In this document: positions 1 to 10,040 of the stretch, piece after piece
Layout: each line of letters starts with the position of its first letter
Position numbering within the stretch: the first letter of the stretch is position 1
NCBI GenBank assembly: GCA_016926295.1
Contig: JAFGOX010000032.1
Coordinates: forward strand, 1-49,728
Source: Candidatus Iainarchaeum sp.
Lineage (GTDB): Archaea > Iainarchaeota > Iainarchaeia > JAFGOX01
DNA length: 49,728 bases
Direction: 5' to 3'
Made by a program: the position numbers and the translations under genes
Notes under the pieces: model-generated
Told to the model about the DNA's origin: nothing
What the model saw: the letters and a program-made list of their open reading frames with translations, nothing else
Database searches by the model: none

Positions 1-438
1 ATTACAAATGCAAAGCCGGAAATAGCCGAATATCCGTTCACAACAAAGAAAATATCAATAGGTCATATTGGTAAGGGGGAAGATATGATTCAGGTCGTTG
101 ACACACCCGGTTTGTTTGAACGCCCTCTTGAAAAAAGAAATGATATTGAAAAAGAAGCGATTCTCGCATTAAAGTATCTGGCAGATGGGATAATTTTCAT
201 ATTCGACATATCAGAAAGATGCGGGTATTCAATAGAAGACCAGGAAAAACTGTACAAAGACCTCAAAAAAGAATTAAAGGTCCCTTTCTTACTCATTGTG
301 AACAAAAAGGACATAACCGAACCGAAAAAACTGGGGCGAATCAAGGGTGCAATAATCATCCAGGCCTCGGACGAAAAAGACCAGGAAATGGTACTAGCGG
401 AAGTACGAAAGATGCCTTTAAATAAGGTTTCGGCTTAA
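1..438 (+). CDS. NOG1-family GTP-binding protein, C-terminal part (5' end lies outside the window)
   Basis: Frame 1 is open from base 1 (ITNAKPEIAEYPFTTKK...). It has YPFTT (G2), DTPG (G3) and NKKD (G4) motifs. The ORF-track piece is 85..438. Confidence 0.8.
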   Translation: MTNAKPEIAEYPFTTKKISIGHIGKGEDMIQVVDTPGLFERPLEKRNDIEKEAILALKYLADGIIFIFDISERCGYSIEDQEKLYKDLKKELKVPFLLIVNKKDITEPKKLGRIKGAIIIQASDEKDQEMVLAEVRKMPLNKVSA

Positions 439-498
439 TTTAATTGCAATACTTATTTGGTTGCCACCGTGAAGAAAAGATTGGCGGGAGGTCCTACC

Positions 499-759
499 AT
501 GGTTGATGAACAAGCATTACAAGAAGTAATTGAATATATGGATTCGCTTTCTAAGGATACTGCGTTTCCGAGAAACGTACGCGAAGCGATTTCGAAGGCA
601 AAAGACGAGTTAATAAAGAAGGACGAACCCTTTGATGTCAGACTTAGCTCAGCAGTATATATCATTGACGATGTAAGCAATGATATAAACGTTCCAATGC
701 ACGCTCGCTCTGAATTGTGGAACCTAGTTAGTATGCTGGAAGGTCTCAAAGGGGAGTAG
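499..759 (+). CDS. UPF0147-family small conserved archaeal protein
   Basis: The sequence MVDEQALQEVIEYMDSL...VPMHARSELWNLVSMLE matches my recollection of UPF0147. I chose ATG 499 because GGAGGT lies 7 nt upstream. The track ORF starts at TTG 457. Confidence 0.65.
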   Translation: MVDEQALQEVIEYMDSLSKDTAFPRNVREAISKAKDELIKKDEPFDVRLSSAVYIIDDVSNDINVPMHARSELWNLVSMLEGLKGE

Positions 760-762
760 TTA

Positions 763-2286
763 ATGGAAATTGAGGAAATAATTGCCTACGCGCTTACAAA
801 AAAGATTTTGATTGACAAAGATGCGGCAGGAATCCTTTCAAAGCGTGAAGATGGGTATAATATAATTGATGCGCTCGAGAAGCGTTCAGTGTTTTTTATT
901 AATCGGGATAAGGTAAACGAATTTCTGGCGGAAACCGAGACAAAAACACACCCTGAAGAAAAAGAGCAGGAAGAACTGAAAGTTGAAATTGTAGAATCGC
1001 GTTTCAAGCCATTTGCAAGAGACATCGAATCAAGAATAAAGATTGATGAGAGAACAGATATTACTGGAAAATCCCAGTCTCATGGCACAATGGACGATTT
1101 CCTTACATACTTCAAGGACAAATTCGAAAAGCAGAAAAAAATAATTCTGGAAAATAGAACTCCTAACCTGATTGAGCTTGCCAAAATTCCGCGTGTTAGC
1201 AGAAACAAAATAATCGATGTCATTGGAATGGTCTATGAAAAAAATGAGACGAAAAACGGACACATAATTCTGGAAATTGACGACCCGACAGGAAAGGCAA
1301 AAGTGCTCATTCTGAAAGACCGCACTAATCTGATAAATATTTCAAAATACATAATGGAAGATGATGTCCTTCAGTTCAATGCAACTGTTGGAAAAGATTT
1401 GCTTGTCGCAAACGAAATAAAATTCCCTGATATGCCGATAAGGGCGCCAAGAACAATAAGCGAGGATATAAAATTCGTGGCAACTTCGGATCTTCACCTA
1501 GGGCATAAAAAATTCCTTGACAGCGGATTTGACAAATTTCTTGAATGGTTGAATGGAAAAACAGGAAGTGAAAGGCAGAAAGAACTTGCAGGAAAAGTGA
1601 AATACCTGCTAATCGGCGGTGATTGCGTTGACGGGATTGGAGTTTATCCAGGTCAGGAAGAAGAGCTTGTTTTGAAAGACATTTACAAGCAGTACGAGTT
1701 ATTTGAGGACCTGGTAATGAAAATACCCGAGTATATCCAGATATTAATAGGCCCGGGAAACCACGATGCAGTAAGGATTGAAGACCCACAACCAAGAATA
1801 AATGAAAAATATCTTTCAAGGCTCGCCCAACTAAACAATGTTCATCTTATCAGTTCGCCATCAAATTTCAGCATTCATGGAATAAATGTTACTTTTTATC
1901 ATGGATATTCAATGGACCCGATGATTTCCTCACTTCCGCATCTAAGCTATTCAAAACCAGAGGATGTAATGGTCGAATATCTGAGAAGAAGACATGTTGT
2001 TCCAAGATACGGTTCAACAGAAAGGGCAAGGGCGCTCATGTTCCCTGAAAGAGAGGACATACTTTCAATACAGACGCCGCCTGATATACTTGTTGCCGGG
2101 CACCTTCACAAAAATGGATACACAAGTTATCGTTCAACATTAGTTGTAAATCCTGGCTGCTGGCAAAAGCGAACAGAATTTCAGATTAAAATGGGGCATA
2201 TGCCAACCCCCGGAATAGTTCCGGTCATAGGACTGAATGATTTGGGAATAAAGGAAATGAAATTCATGACAGGTGAGTCAATATGA
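763..2286 (+). CDS. polB: DNA polymerase II (PolD) small subunit DP1
   Basis: The 507-aa product has calcineurin-like phosphoesterase motifs (SDLHLG, GDCVDG, GNHD, GHLH). It overlaps the DP2 gene by 4 nt. Confidence 0.9.
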   Translation: MEIEEIIAYALTKKILIDKDAAGILSKREDGYNIIDALEKRSVFFINRDKVNEFLAETETKTHPEEKEQEELKVEIVESRFKPFARDIESRIKIDERTDITGKSQSHGTMDDFLTYFKDKFEKQKKIILENRTPNLIELAKIPRVSRNKIIDVIGMVYEKNETKNGHIILEIDDPTGKAKVLILKDRTNLINISKYIMEDDVLQFNATVGKDLLVANEIKFPDMPIRAPRTISEDIKFVATSDLHLGHKKFLDSGFDKFLEWLNGKTGSERQKELAGKVKYLLIGGDCVDGIGVYPGQEEELVLKDIYKQYELFEDLVMKIPEYIQILIGPGNHDAVRIEDPQPRINEKYLSRLAQLNNVHLISSPSNFSIHGINVTFYHGYSMDPMISSLPHLSYSKPEDVMVEYLRRRHVVPRYGSTERARALMFPEREDILSIQTPPDILVAGHLHKNGYTSYRSTLVVNPGCWQKRTEFQIKMGHMPTPGIVPVIGLNDLGIKEMKFMTGESI

Positions 2287-5200
2287 AAATAGACTTTGAT
2301 TTTGAAAACCTGCCGGGAAGCGAAAATGTAAGAAAATACCAGAAAAACATTCTTGCCGAAGTCGAAAAAATTTATACGGTTGCTGAAAATGCAAGAAAGC
2401 AGGGCTTTGATGTTTCTGATAGCGTTGAATCTCCTCCTGCCACAAACACCGCAGAGCGTGCAGAAGGTATGGTTGGCCCGAAAGGTCTGGCAAAAAGATT
2501 CCCTGAAATAATGAAAGAGAACAATGAAGACATTTTCTTATCGGAATTGCAGACAATAAGGGAGATTATAGATGGAAAAATAGGGGGAATTACTGACAAG
2601 GAAAAAGCCTTGGAGCAGGCGCTTAGAACTGTCCTTGCGATTGAAACGCAGGGAACGGTTGTTTCACCCATTGAAGGTCTGACTGAAGTTCACATAAAGA
2701 AAAATCATGACTCCACCAACTATGTAGAGTTGTGGTATGCAGGTCCTATTCGTTCTGCTGGGGGAACTGCCGCAGCGCTTACAATGCTGTGGGCGGACTA
2801 TGCAAGACAATACATGGGATTGGATAAGTTCAAGCCGACACAGGACGAAATAGGAAGATATCTTGAAGAGATGGAAATCTTCTTCGATGTTCAGTCGCGT
2901 CAGGCAAAATTCACAATGGAGCAGATTAAGTGGGTTGTGGAGCACCTTCCGGTTGCAATCACAGGCAGCGCAGGAGGAATAGAGGTCGAGGTAACAAAGC
3001 ACAGGGACTTGGAAAGAGTGCAGGGAAACTTTGTAAGAGAGGGTATGCTGTTAGCCTTGCTTGAGGGAATCCTTCTGAAAGCCCCGAAAGTATTTAATTT
3101 CTCAAAGAAGGCAAAGCTTGACTGGTCATGGCTTGAAAAGATTTTAAAGGTCAAGAAAAGCGAGGGTGGAGAAAAAATAGAATTGAAGCCCGTCACAAAT
3201 TATTTGGTTAAGGGTCTTGCAGCAGGCAGGCCAATATTCGGGCACCCTATGCGACAGGGCGGTTTCAGATTCAGATTCGGAAGAGGAAGAAACGGGGGAT
3301 TAATGTCAAAAAGCTGTCATCCGGCAACAATGCGCATTCTCCAGGATTTCCTTGCAGTTGGAACACAATTGATGATTGAAAGACCGGGAAAAGCAACTTG
3401 CCTTACGCCTAATGATACTATTGACGGACCGATTATCAAACTGAGAAATGGTGACGTAATAAGGGTAAATTCAGAAAAGCAGGCAATTGAAGTAAGGGAC
3501 AATATAAAGAAAATATTGTACCTTGGCGATTTGCTTGTCGCATTCGGAGACTTCAGAAAATCAGGAGATAATCTTGTTCCGGTAGGATATGTTCCGGAAT
3601 GGTGGGTTCTGGAAGTAAAAAAGGCGTTAAATGAAAAGAAAGGTGTTCACGGGGTTGACATTGAAAAAATATTAAAGGACCCTTACAATGTGGCGCCTGA
3701 AGACGCGTTAAACATTTCTCTTCAATTGAAAGTCCCGTTACACCCGGAATACATACACTATTACAAAGTTCTTAACAGAGAAAAAATAATTGAAATACTT
3801 AAAGCACTTGAAAACTCTGAAATGGAATTCAGTAAAGACAATAAAATAGAAAGACTGATTATTCGAGACGATAAAATAAAACCCTACCTTGAGGAAATAG
3901 GACTGGAGCACCAATACAGAGTAGGAAGCATAATAATCGGGAAAAAATATGCTTATGCGTTGATGAAAACTTTCGGTTTGGTTCTGGCGGGAAACCCGCT
4001 GGAAAAATTAGAAGAAATAAAAACCGAAAACCCTCTGGAAATCCTGAGCGAATTATCAGGGATAACAATAAGGGACAAAGGAGGAACATTTACCGGCTCA
4101 AGAATGGGAAGGCCGGAAGTCGCGTCAGCAAGGGAAATGAAAGGCAACCCCCATGTTCTTTTCCCGATAGGAAACGCAGGGGGAAACACAAGGGACATTT
4201 GCAAAGCCGCAGACAACGTTGGGAATTTGGATGTTGATATTTCACTATATAAATGTCCTGACTGCGGAGATGAGCTGCCGACGCATTTCTGCAACAAGTG
4301 TCACAAGCGCGCAACAAAACTCAGGATTTGCCCAAAATGCGATAAAAAAGATGAAAGTAGTACTTGCCCGGTTTGTAATAGCCCAATGAGAGAATACTCA
4401 AAAAGAAAAATAGATTTGAATGAAATCCTGACTGATGCTCTAAGAAGACTTGGTGAGAGAAAACCAAAAATAATCAAAGGCGTCAAAGGAATAATGAGTG
4501 ATGAAAAAGTTCCTGAGCCAATAGAAAAAGGAATTCTAAGGGCTAAGCATGGAATACATATTTTCAAGGACGGGACAGCAAGATATGAAATGTTAAACTT
4601 AATGGTTACGCATTTGAAACCAAAAGAGCTTGGCCACAGCATAGAAAAAATGAAAGAGCTTGGATACACCCGTGATTACTTGGGGAATGAATTAACAAAT
4701 GAAGAGCAAATAGTTGAAATTTATCCGCAGGAAATATTATTGTCAGAAGATTCAGTTGAGCATTTCATAAACCTGGCAAATTACCTGGATGAATTACTGG
4801 TAAAGTTCTACGGCTTGAAACCCTATTACAATGTTAAAACAAAGGAAGATATGATTGGCCAGCTTGTAATGAGCATTGCACCGCACACGGCTAACGCAGT
4901 TGTAGGAAGGGTTTTAGGGTTCACGCGCTCAAGAAGCAATTTCGCACACCCTTATTACCAAGTTCAAAAAAGGCGTAACTGCGATGGAGAACAGGACTCA
5001 ACAACTTTGCTTTTGGATTTACTGCTTAATTTCTCCAAGCACTACCTGCCTTCACACAGGGGCGGAATGCAGGATGCGCCATTAGTTACCACAGCAATCA
5101 TTGACGCAAGAGACATTGATGATGAAGTTTATGAAATGGAAGTCTGCACAGAATATCCTCTGGAACTTTATGAAAAGGCGCAGGAACTGTCAATGCCTTA

Positions 5201-5735
5201 TGCAATTAACATTCCAATTGTCAAATCAAAAATAGGAAACGAGGATCAGTTTGATGGTTTACTGTTTACACACAATACAACAACATTCAACGCCGGCCCA
5301 ACAAGAAGCGCATATACTTCACTGAAAACAATGCAGGAAAAAGTAGAAGCGCAAATCGATTTGCAGAATAAAATAATGGCAGTCGATGAAATAGACGCGG
5401 CAGAAAGAGTTCTTACTTCTCACTTTATCAGAGACATAATGGGGAACATGCGCGCATTCGCAAGACAGAATTTCAGATGTCCGAAATGCAATACAATCTT
5501 CAGAAGACCGCCATTAACAGGTAAATGCGATTGCGGCGGGGACATTATACTTACTATCTCAAGAGGCACTGTTGAAAAATATCTCAAAATAAGCCAGGAC
5601 TTGGTTGACAAATATAAGGTAACAGATTATCTCAAGCAGAGAATACAGATTCTAAATGACGAGATAAAAGAATGCTTCAAAGAAATAACAGTAGGAGCAG
5701 ACCGAAACCAGACTTCTCTATCTGATTTTATCTAA
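2283..5735 (+). CDS. polC: DNA polymerase II (PolD) large subunit DP2
   Basis: The product is 1150 aa. It has the cysteine clusters CPDCG...CNKCH...CPKC...CPVC and, near the C-terminus, CPKCN...CDCGG. Its length is typical of an intein-free DP2. Confidence 0.92.
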   Translation: MKIDFDFENLPGSENVRKYQKNILAEVEKIYTVAENARKQGFDVSDSVESPPATNTAERAEGMVGPKGLAKRFPEIMKENNEDIFLSELQTIREIIDGKIGGITDKEKALEQALRTVLAIETQGTVVSPIEGLTEVHIKKNHDSTNYVELWYAGPIRSAGGTAAALTMLWADYARQYMGLDKFKPTQDEIGRYLEEMEIFFDVQSRQAKFTMEQIKWVVEHLPVAITGSAGGIEVEVTKHRDLERVQGNFVREGMLLALLEGILLKAPKVFNFSKKAKLDWSWLEKILKVKKSEGGEKIELKPVTNYLVKGLAAGRPIFGHPMRQGGFRFRFGRGRNGGLMSKSCHPATMRILQDFLAVGTQLMIERPGKATCLTPNDTIDGPIIKLRNGDVIRVNSEKQAIEVRDNIKKILYLGDLLVAFGDFRKSGDNLVPVGYVPEWWVLEVKKALNEKKGVHGVDIEKILKDPYNVAPEDALNISLQLKVPLHPEYIHYYKVLNREKIIEILKALENSEMEFSKDNKIERLIIRDDKIKPYLEEIGLEHQYRVGSIIIGKKYAYALMKTFGLVLAGNPLEKLEEIKTENPLEILSELSGITIRDKGGTFTGSRMGRPEVASAREMKGNPHVLFPIGNAGGNTRDICKAADNVGNLDVDISLYKCPDCGDELPTHFCNKCHKRATKLRICPKCDKKDESSTCPVCNSPMREYSKRKIDLNEILTDALRRLGERKPKIIKGVKGIMSDEKVPEPIEKGILRAKHGIHIFKDGTARYEMLNLMVTHLKPKELGHSIEKMKELGYTRDYLGNELTNEEQIVEIYPQEILLSEDSVEHFINLANYLDELLVKFYGLKPYYNVKTKEDMIGQLVMSIAPHTANAVVGRVLGFTRSRSNFAHPYYQVQKRRNCDGEQDSTTLLLDLLLNFSKHYLPSHRGGMQDAPLVTTAIIDARDIDDEVYEMEVCTEYPLELYEKAQELSMPYAINIPIVKSKIGNEDQFDGLLFTHNTTTFNAGPTRSAYTSLKTMQEKVEAQIDLQNKIMAVDEIDAAERVLTSHFIRDIMGNMRAFARQNFRCPKCNTIFRRPPLTGKCDCGGDIILTISRGTVEKYLKISQDLVDKYKVTDYLKQRIQILNDEIKECFKEITVGADRNQTSLSDFI

Positions 5736-6565
5736 GGTATAATTGTCTCTCCACCTGGTATTGATGGAGATGCTGGCGCGCCAAGCCCTTGGAAGAGCAT
5801 CCAAAGCACAAGCAAAACAATTACAAGAATCAGGAAATACCATAGCCACTTTCTTGAGCTGAGTGGCCCGCTGCCGCCTCCGCTGCCTTTTGGAATTGGT
5901 ATCTTTCTCGCTTTTTCTGCAATAAATTCAGCAGAGGTCTTCGCATATTTTGGCCAGTTTCTGGGAAGTTTCAATTCATCTAGTGTTTCCAGAGTTATTT
6001 CTGCAATACCGCGCTCCCTTTCTGGCACAGCTTCTTCATTCATTACTGTACCTAATACTGCATCAACATCTATTCTGTAGGTTCCCCTTCCCAAAGTGGC
6101 CCATATTCTCCAAACAGGTAAATAAAGCATAGTTATTCCCGAAACAATCACTGAACCGACAGGTACCTGAAACTGGGCGGCTATTCTTGCGGGAATTACT
6201 TCCTTGACTTCTTTCTCAGTAACACTGGGGGATACTACTTCCACTGGATATGAGTGGCTTGTCTCTCGCTCAGTTTTTGCCGGCTGTTCCTGCAAAATAT
6301 ATGGAACTATGTCCTGGAACTGTGCATCAACAGAACTTATTGCCTTTCTGCCCGTCTGTTCAGCTGTCACTACTTTCTCATCGCCCTGGCCGGAAGACGA
6401 CTGTGAAAAAACAGTGTAATTAAAAACATAGAAAGGAAGGTACACAAGTTTTATTGTACCTGCTTTGAAATCAGACCAATGCAGTCGCTTAAGCCTAGAC
6501 TTAAGAATAGAAAGCGATTGGTCCATGTCGAGGACCAAAGAAAAAGCGGGGGCGTCTAACCTCAC
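5732..6565 (-). CDS. Hypothetical protein with a C-terminal transmembrane anchor, co-operonic with sepF
   Basis: The 277-aa ORF starts at GTG 6565, 8 nt downstream of a GGAGG that directly follows the sepF stop. It contains two similar hairpin-like motifs (LVYLPFYVFNY and MLYLPVWRIW). A GSGGGSG linker precedes one hydrophobic helix (WLWYFLILVIVLLVLWMLF). Confidence 0.6.
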   Translation of the reverse strand: MRLDAPAFSLVLDMDQSLSILKSRLKRLHWSDFKAGTIKLVYLPFYVFNYTVFSQSSSGQGDEKVVTAEQTGRKAISSVDAQFQDIVPYILQEQPAKTERETSHSYPVEVVSPSVTEKEVKEVIPARIAAQFQVPVGSVIVSGITMLYLPVWRIWATLGRGTYRIDVDAVLGTVMNEEAVPERERGIAEITLETLDELKLPRNWPKYAKTSAEFIAEKARKIPIPKGSGGGSGPLSSRKWLWYFLILVIVLLVLWMLFQGLGAPASPSIPGGETIIP

Positions 6566-6573
6566 TGGTTAAG

Positions 6574-6578
6574 CCTCC
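6574..6578 (-). promoter_or_regulatory. Shine-Dalgarno-like GGAGG coupling sepF to the downstream ORF
   Basis: The minus strand reads TAA GGAGG cttaacca GTG. The TAA is the sepF stop and the GTG is the start of ORF 5732..6565. Confidence 0.5.
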
Positions 6579-6959
6579 TTACTTCGTTGCCTTTACAATC
6601 TTGACTTTTGATGGCGTAACAAGTACTAGGTCCTGAGTTAATCTTACCATGTCTCCATCGATGTCTTGTATGTATACTTTTACTTTTCCGATTGCACCTT
6701 TAAGTCGGATTTGGTTTCTATCGGCTGCATCCTTAATGTTAAGCACAAGTATGTTACCTTTTGTTACTTGGTCAATAACTTCCTTGACTGCGTCTTCGTC
6801 ACCGTTAAATACGATTCTTAACACTAATGCATCTGCATCTTCATATGGAGTTTCTTCTGTTGTGTTCATGATGTTAAGTAACTCATCCAATTCTATTTCC
6901 TTGTCTGCTCTTGAAGCACCAACAAGTTTGCCTAAAGTTCTTTTAACCACACGTATCAC
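6579..6959 (-). CDS. sepF: SepF-like cell division protein (DUF552)
   Basis: The 126-aa product has a C-terminal core (KGNILVLNIKDAADRNQIRLKGAIGKVKVYIQDIDGDMVRLTQDLVLVTPSKVKIV) that fits the SepF pattern. Its N-terminus is basic and amphipathic (VVKRTLGKLVG). Confidence 0.7.
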   Translation of the reverse strand: MIRVVKRTLGKLVGASRADKEIELDELLNIMNTTEETPYEDADALVLRIVFNGDEDAVKEVIDQVTKGNILVLNIKDAADRNQIRLKGAIGKVKVYIQDIDGDMVRLTQDLVLVTPSKVKIVKATK

Positions 6960-7040
6960 CCCTTGATTTAAAATATGATTTGTTCTAATAGATTATACAG
7001 AGAAAACAATATAAACTAAGACGGTTCGGGTTGGGGAATT

Positions 7041-8255
7041 ATGGATGTGGAAGCCTTATTAAAAGCGGAACTCAGTAAAGACAGCGTTTTTGTAAATAGG
7101 GACTATTTGTCACCCCACTACATACCGGAAATGTTACCTTTCAGGGAAAAACAGGTCGAAAGCGTAACTAAAATACTGGCTCCTTTTCTTAAGGGAAAGA
7201 GGCCCAATAACATGTTTATTTACGGGAAAGTTGGCACAGGGAAAACATGTGTCGCCAGAAAGGTGCTCGACACTACCCTCAACTTTGGCGAAAAACAGGG
7301 GATTCCTGTAAACGGGACATATATCAACTGTAGAATCACAAGCACAAAGTACGGGGTTTTGGTTAAAATAGCAAGCAAGCTGGTTCCTGAAGAAAGTCTT
7401 TTGGGTTTTTCCCTGTCTTACATGTTTGAAAAGATAAAGAACACCCTGTCGCAAAACAAAATGCACTTTGCAGTAATTCTAGACGAAGTGGACAAGGTAA
7501 AGGACGTAGACGATTTGATTTACACGCTTACAAGAATGAATGATGAACTTGATTTTGGCGGACTGTCAATAATAGGGATATCAAATGTGATAAGTTTCAA
7601 AGAAAATCTGGACACACGGACAAAAAGCACCTTGTGTGAAGAGGAATATGTATTTCCCCCTTACAATGCAGACGAACTAAGGGAAATACTGACTGAAAGG
7701 GCTTCTGTCGGATTCAAACCGGGCGCTGTTGAAACATCCGCGCTAAATCTTGCAGCGGCAGTTGCATCACAAGAGTCAGGGGATGCAAGACGTGCATTGA
7801 TGCTTCTTCTAAGGGCCGGAGACGTTGCTGACGAAACAGGAAAAAAGAAAGTGACCGAAACAGAGATACACACTGCAAAAACAAAGGTCGAAGAGGATTT
7901 GATAATAGACCTGATTTCAACCCTTCCGGCACAGCACCAGATTGTGCTTTACGCAATCACCAGACTGACAGAAGCAAACAAAGGATACACAAAACTTGAC
8001 GGTGAGAAAAAACTTGGGATGATTTTCTCGGGTGAAATCTATGATAATTACACAATGCTTTCAAAGAAACTCGGAAAGAGCCCGAAGACCGCAAGATGGT
8101 ACAGGGAAATGATAAGGGAACTGGAAACTTACGGATTGATTACTGTGCAGCAGTCAGGAAAGGGAATTAGGGGCCACACTCATTTAATCAAAATGAATTT
8201 CGACGCACACAAAACCCGCGGCGTACTAGAGAAACAATTAGGGCTTGAGGATTAA
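7041..8255 (+). CDS. cdc6: Orc1/Cdc6 replication initiator
   Basis: The product has the AAA+ Walker A GKVGTGKT and Walker B ILDEVD. A C-terminal winged-helix-like region is present. Length is 404 aa. Confidence 0.9.
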   Translation: MDVEALLKAELSKDSVFVNRDYLSPHYIPEMLPFREKQVESVTKILAPFLKGKRPNNMFIYGKVGTGKTCVARKVLDTTLNFGEKQGIPVNGTYINCRITSTKYGVLVKIASKLVPEESLLGFSLSYMFEKIKNTLSQNKMHFAVILDEVDKVKDVDDLIYTLTRMNDELDFGGLSIIGISNVISFKENLDTRTKSTLCEEEYVFPPYNADELREILTERASVGFKPGAVETSALNLAAAVASQESGDARRALMLLLRAGDVADETGKKKVTETEIHTAKTKVEEDLIIDLISTLPAQHQIVLYAITRLTEANKGYTKLDGEKKLGMIFSGEIYDNYTMLSKKLGKSPKTARWYREMIRELETYGLITVQQSGKGIRGHTHLIKMNFDAHKTRGVLEKQLGLED

Positions 8256-9338
8256 TTACTTCTTTTTCTTTGATTTTTTCTTAGTGTGGTTTGACCGCAT
8301 AGTTTGTTCTGAAATTAATACTTGTTTTGGGTAAGGTATTTCTACGCCCGCCTTTTCCAGAGCAGATTTTATATTCTTCAGCATCCGGGTCTTTGTCTCA
8401 AGAACTAAATCTGACCTAACCCATACCCTTACCTGAAGGTCAACGGAGGATGGGGCGAAATTGGTTACAAGAACTTCGATGTCTTTTCCCTTTATTACGT
8501 CAGAGTCGTTCGTAAGGACTTTCTTTATCGCAACAGTAGCCTCATCTATATCTGATTCATATGCCACACCAATTGGAAGCAAAAGTTTTCTCTGTTTGTT
8601 TCTTGTGTAATTTATTATTGCCGAGTTTGCGACAATTGAATTAGGAATATTGATTACTGTATTGTCAGTTGCAACTATTTCCGTGGACCTCAAAGCAACC
8701 TCTGAAACCGTTCCGGACAAATTCTGGCCTTTCAGCTCAATCCAGTCGCCGATTTTGAAGGGATTGTCAAAAATCAGGGTTATGCCCGCAAATAGATTTC
8801 CTAAAACATCCTTTGCTGCAAAACCTACTACAATACCTAAGAATCCGGCACCAACAAGAATTCCTTCAATGGCAGTTGTTAGCCCAAATTCGCTAAGCGT
8901 CCACATCAATGCGATAATGTAGATTCCATAAGATAAGAATTTCTTTATCAGAACGTGAGTGTGCTTGCTGAAGTCAATTGCTTCTATAACATCATCAACC
9001 TTTTCAAACACATCAGAAAAATTCTTGATTATGAACTGCGCGCCAATCCAGATAAACACCACATTAACCCAGCTGATGAAAGCGGGGTGGAAATCTTTTA
9101 CCCAGAAATAAAGCAGATATGCTTCGCTGAATATTACTGCCACAAGGAATGCAATAAGATAATAAAGGAAAATCACTGCGCGATTGGCAAGCTGAGTTGC
9201 GCTTTTCTCAGCAACGGGCTTGGAAGGAACCCTCTCTATGAGCTTTTTTCTTAAAACCTGCCCTCCATACCAGCCTAGTACTAGAACAAGCAGGGATATC
9301 CCAATTCTCAAAATAGTCTCAATAACATCAGCGGCCAT
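8256..9338 (-). CDS. Small-conductance mechanosensitive channel (MscS family)
   Basis: N-terminal TM helices are followed by the conserved LFAGITLIFDNPFKIGDWIEL segment. The C-terminal tail is lysine-rich. Confidence 0.85.
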   Translation of the reverse strand: MAADVIETILRIGISLLVLVLGWYGGQVLRKKLIERVPSKPVAEKSATQLANRAVIFLYYLIAFLVAVIFSEAYLLYFWVKDFHPAFISWVNVVFIWIGAQFIIKNFSDVFEKVDDVIEAIDFSKHTHVLIKKFLSYGIYIIALMWTLSEFGLTTAIEGILVGAGFLGIVVGFAAKDVLGNLFAGITLIFDNPFKIGDWIELKGQNLSGTVSEVALRSTEIVATDNTVINIPNSIVANSAIINYTRNKQRKLLLPIGVAYESDIDEATVAIKKVLTNDSDVIKGKDIEVLVTNFAPSSVDLQVRVWVRSDLVLETKTRMLKNIKSALEKAGVEIPYPKQVLISEQTMRSNHTKKKSKKKK

Positions 9339-9387
9339 GTGTTCATAAGATATAAATGTTTATAACCCTTTTTTGCCTTATTGTTCT

Positions 9388-10038
9388 ATGAGCATAAAAA
9401 CAGTCACGGATATTTCAGCTTTTGAGAAACTGTTTCCCGAACTCTCAAAGGAAGACAGACGGGGCTCAAAAGGTTGGGCCATTAGGAAATATCTTGAAAA
9501 TAGGGGGATTGTGAAAATAGACTGCACTGTTTCCGGAGATCCGGTTAAACTAATTTATCCTGACAAATTGAAACTGATGAATCTGATAGAAACATCAAGG
9601 AACAAAAGAGAAATGATACGTGGGGATTTGAAGAAATGGAAAAACAGGCACAGCAAGGCGAAAAACGAGAAAATAACTCTGCAGGCAAAGAAACTGACAA
9701 TGTCCGACTACTGGAAACACAAGGCCAAGTATACTACTGACAAGGCTTACCGCGATTCATGGAACCGTGTTGATATGGACACGGAAATAGCGGCGCATGA
9801 CAAATACGGAGCAATGTTCAGGATGTTCGTGAACAATGACGAGTATAGGAGCAAACTGGTTGACACTGTCGAAAACTCTGTTGTATACTCAAAGGATAAA
9901 AAGCTGGCAAAGAATGTTCAAGTATTAAGGGAATTCAAGATGAATATGTCAAACACCAAAATAGAAAGCTACAACAAGAAAATAACTGAATTGAATGAAT
10001 ACATCAAAGCAATGCAAACACTTTCCAACTGGCGATAG
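9388..10038 (+). CDS. Hypothetical basic protein, probably coiled-coil
   Basis: A clean ORF with no motif I recognise. I preferred ATG 9388 over the track TTG 9373. Confidence 0.45.
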   Translation: MSIKTVTDISAFEKLFPELSKEDRRGSKGWAIRKYLENRGIVKIDCTVSGDPVKLIYPDKLKLMNLIETSRNKREMIRGDLKKWKNRHSKAKNEKITLQAKKLTMSDYWKHKAKYTTDKAYRDSWNRVDMDTEIAAHDKYGAMFRMFVNNDEYRSKLVDTVENSVVYSKDKKLAKNVQVLREFKMNMSNTKIESYNKKITELNEYIKAMQTLSNWR

Positions 10039-10040
10039 CA

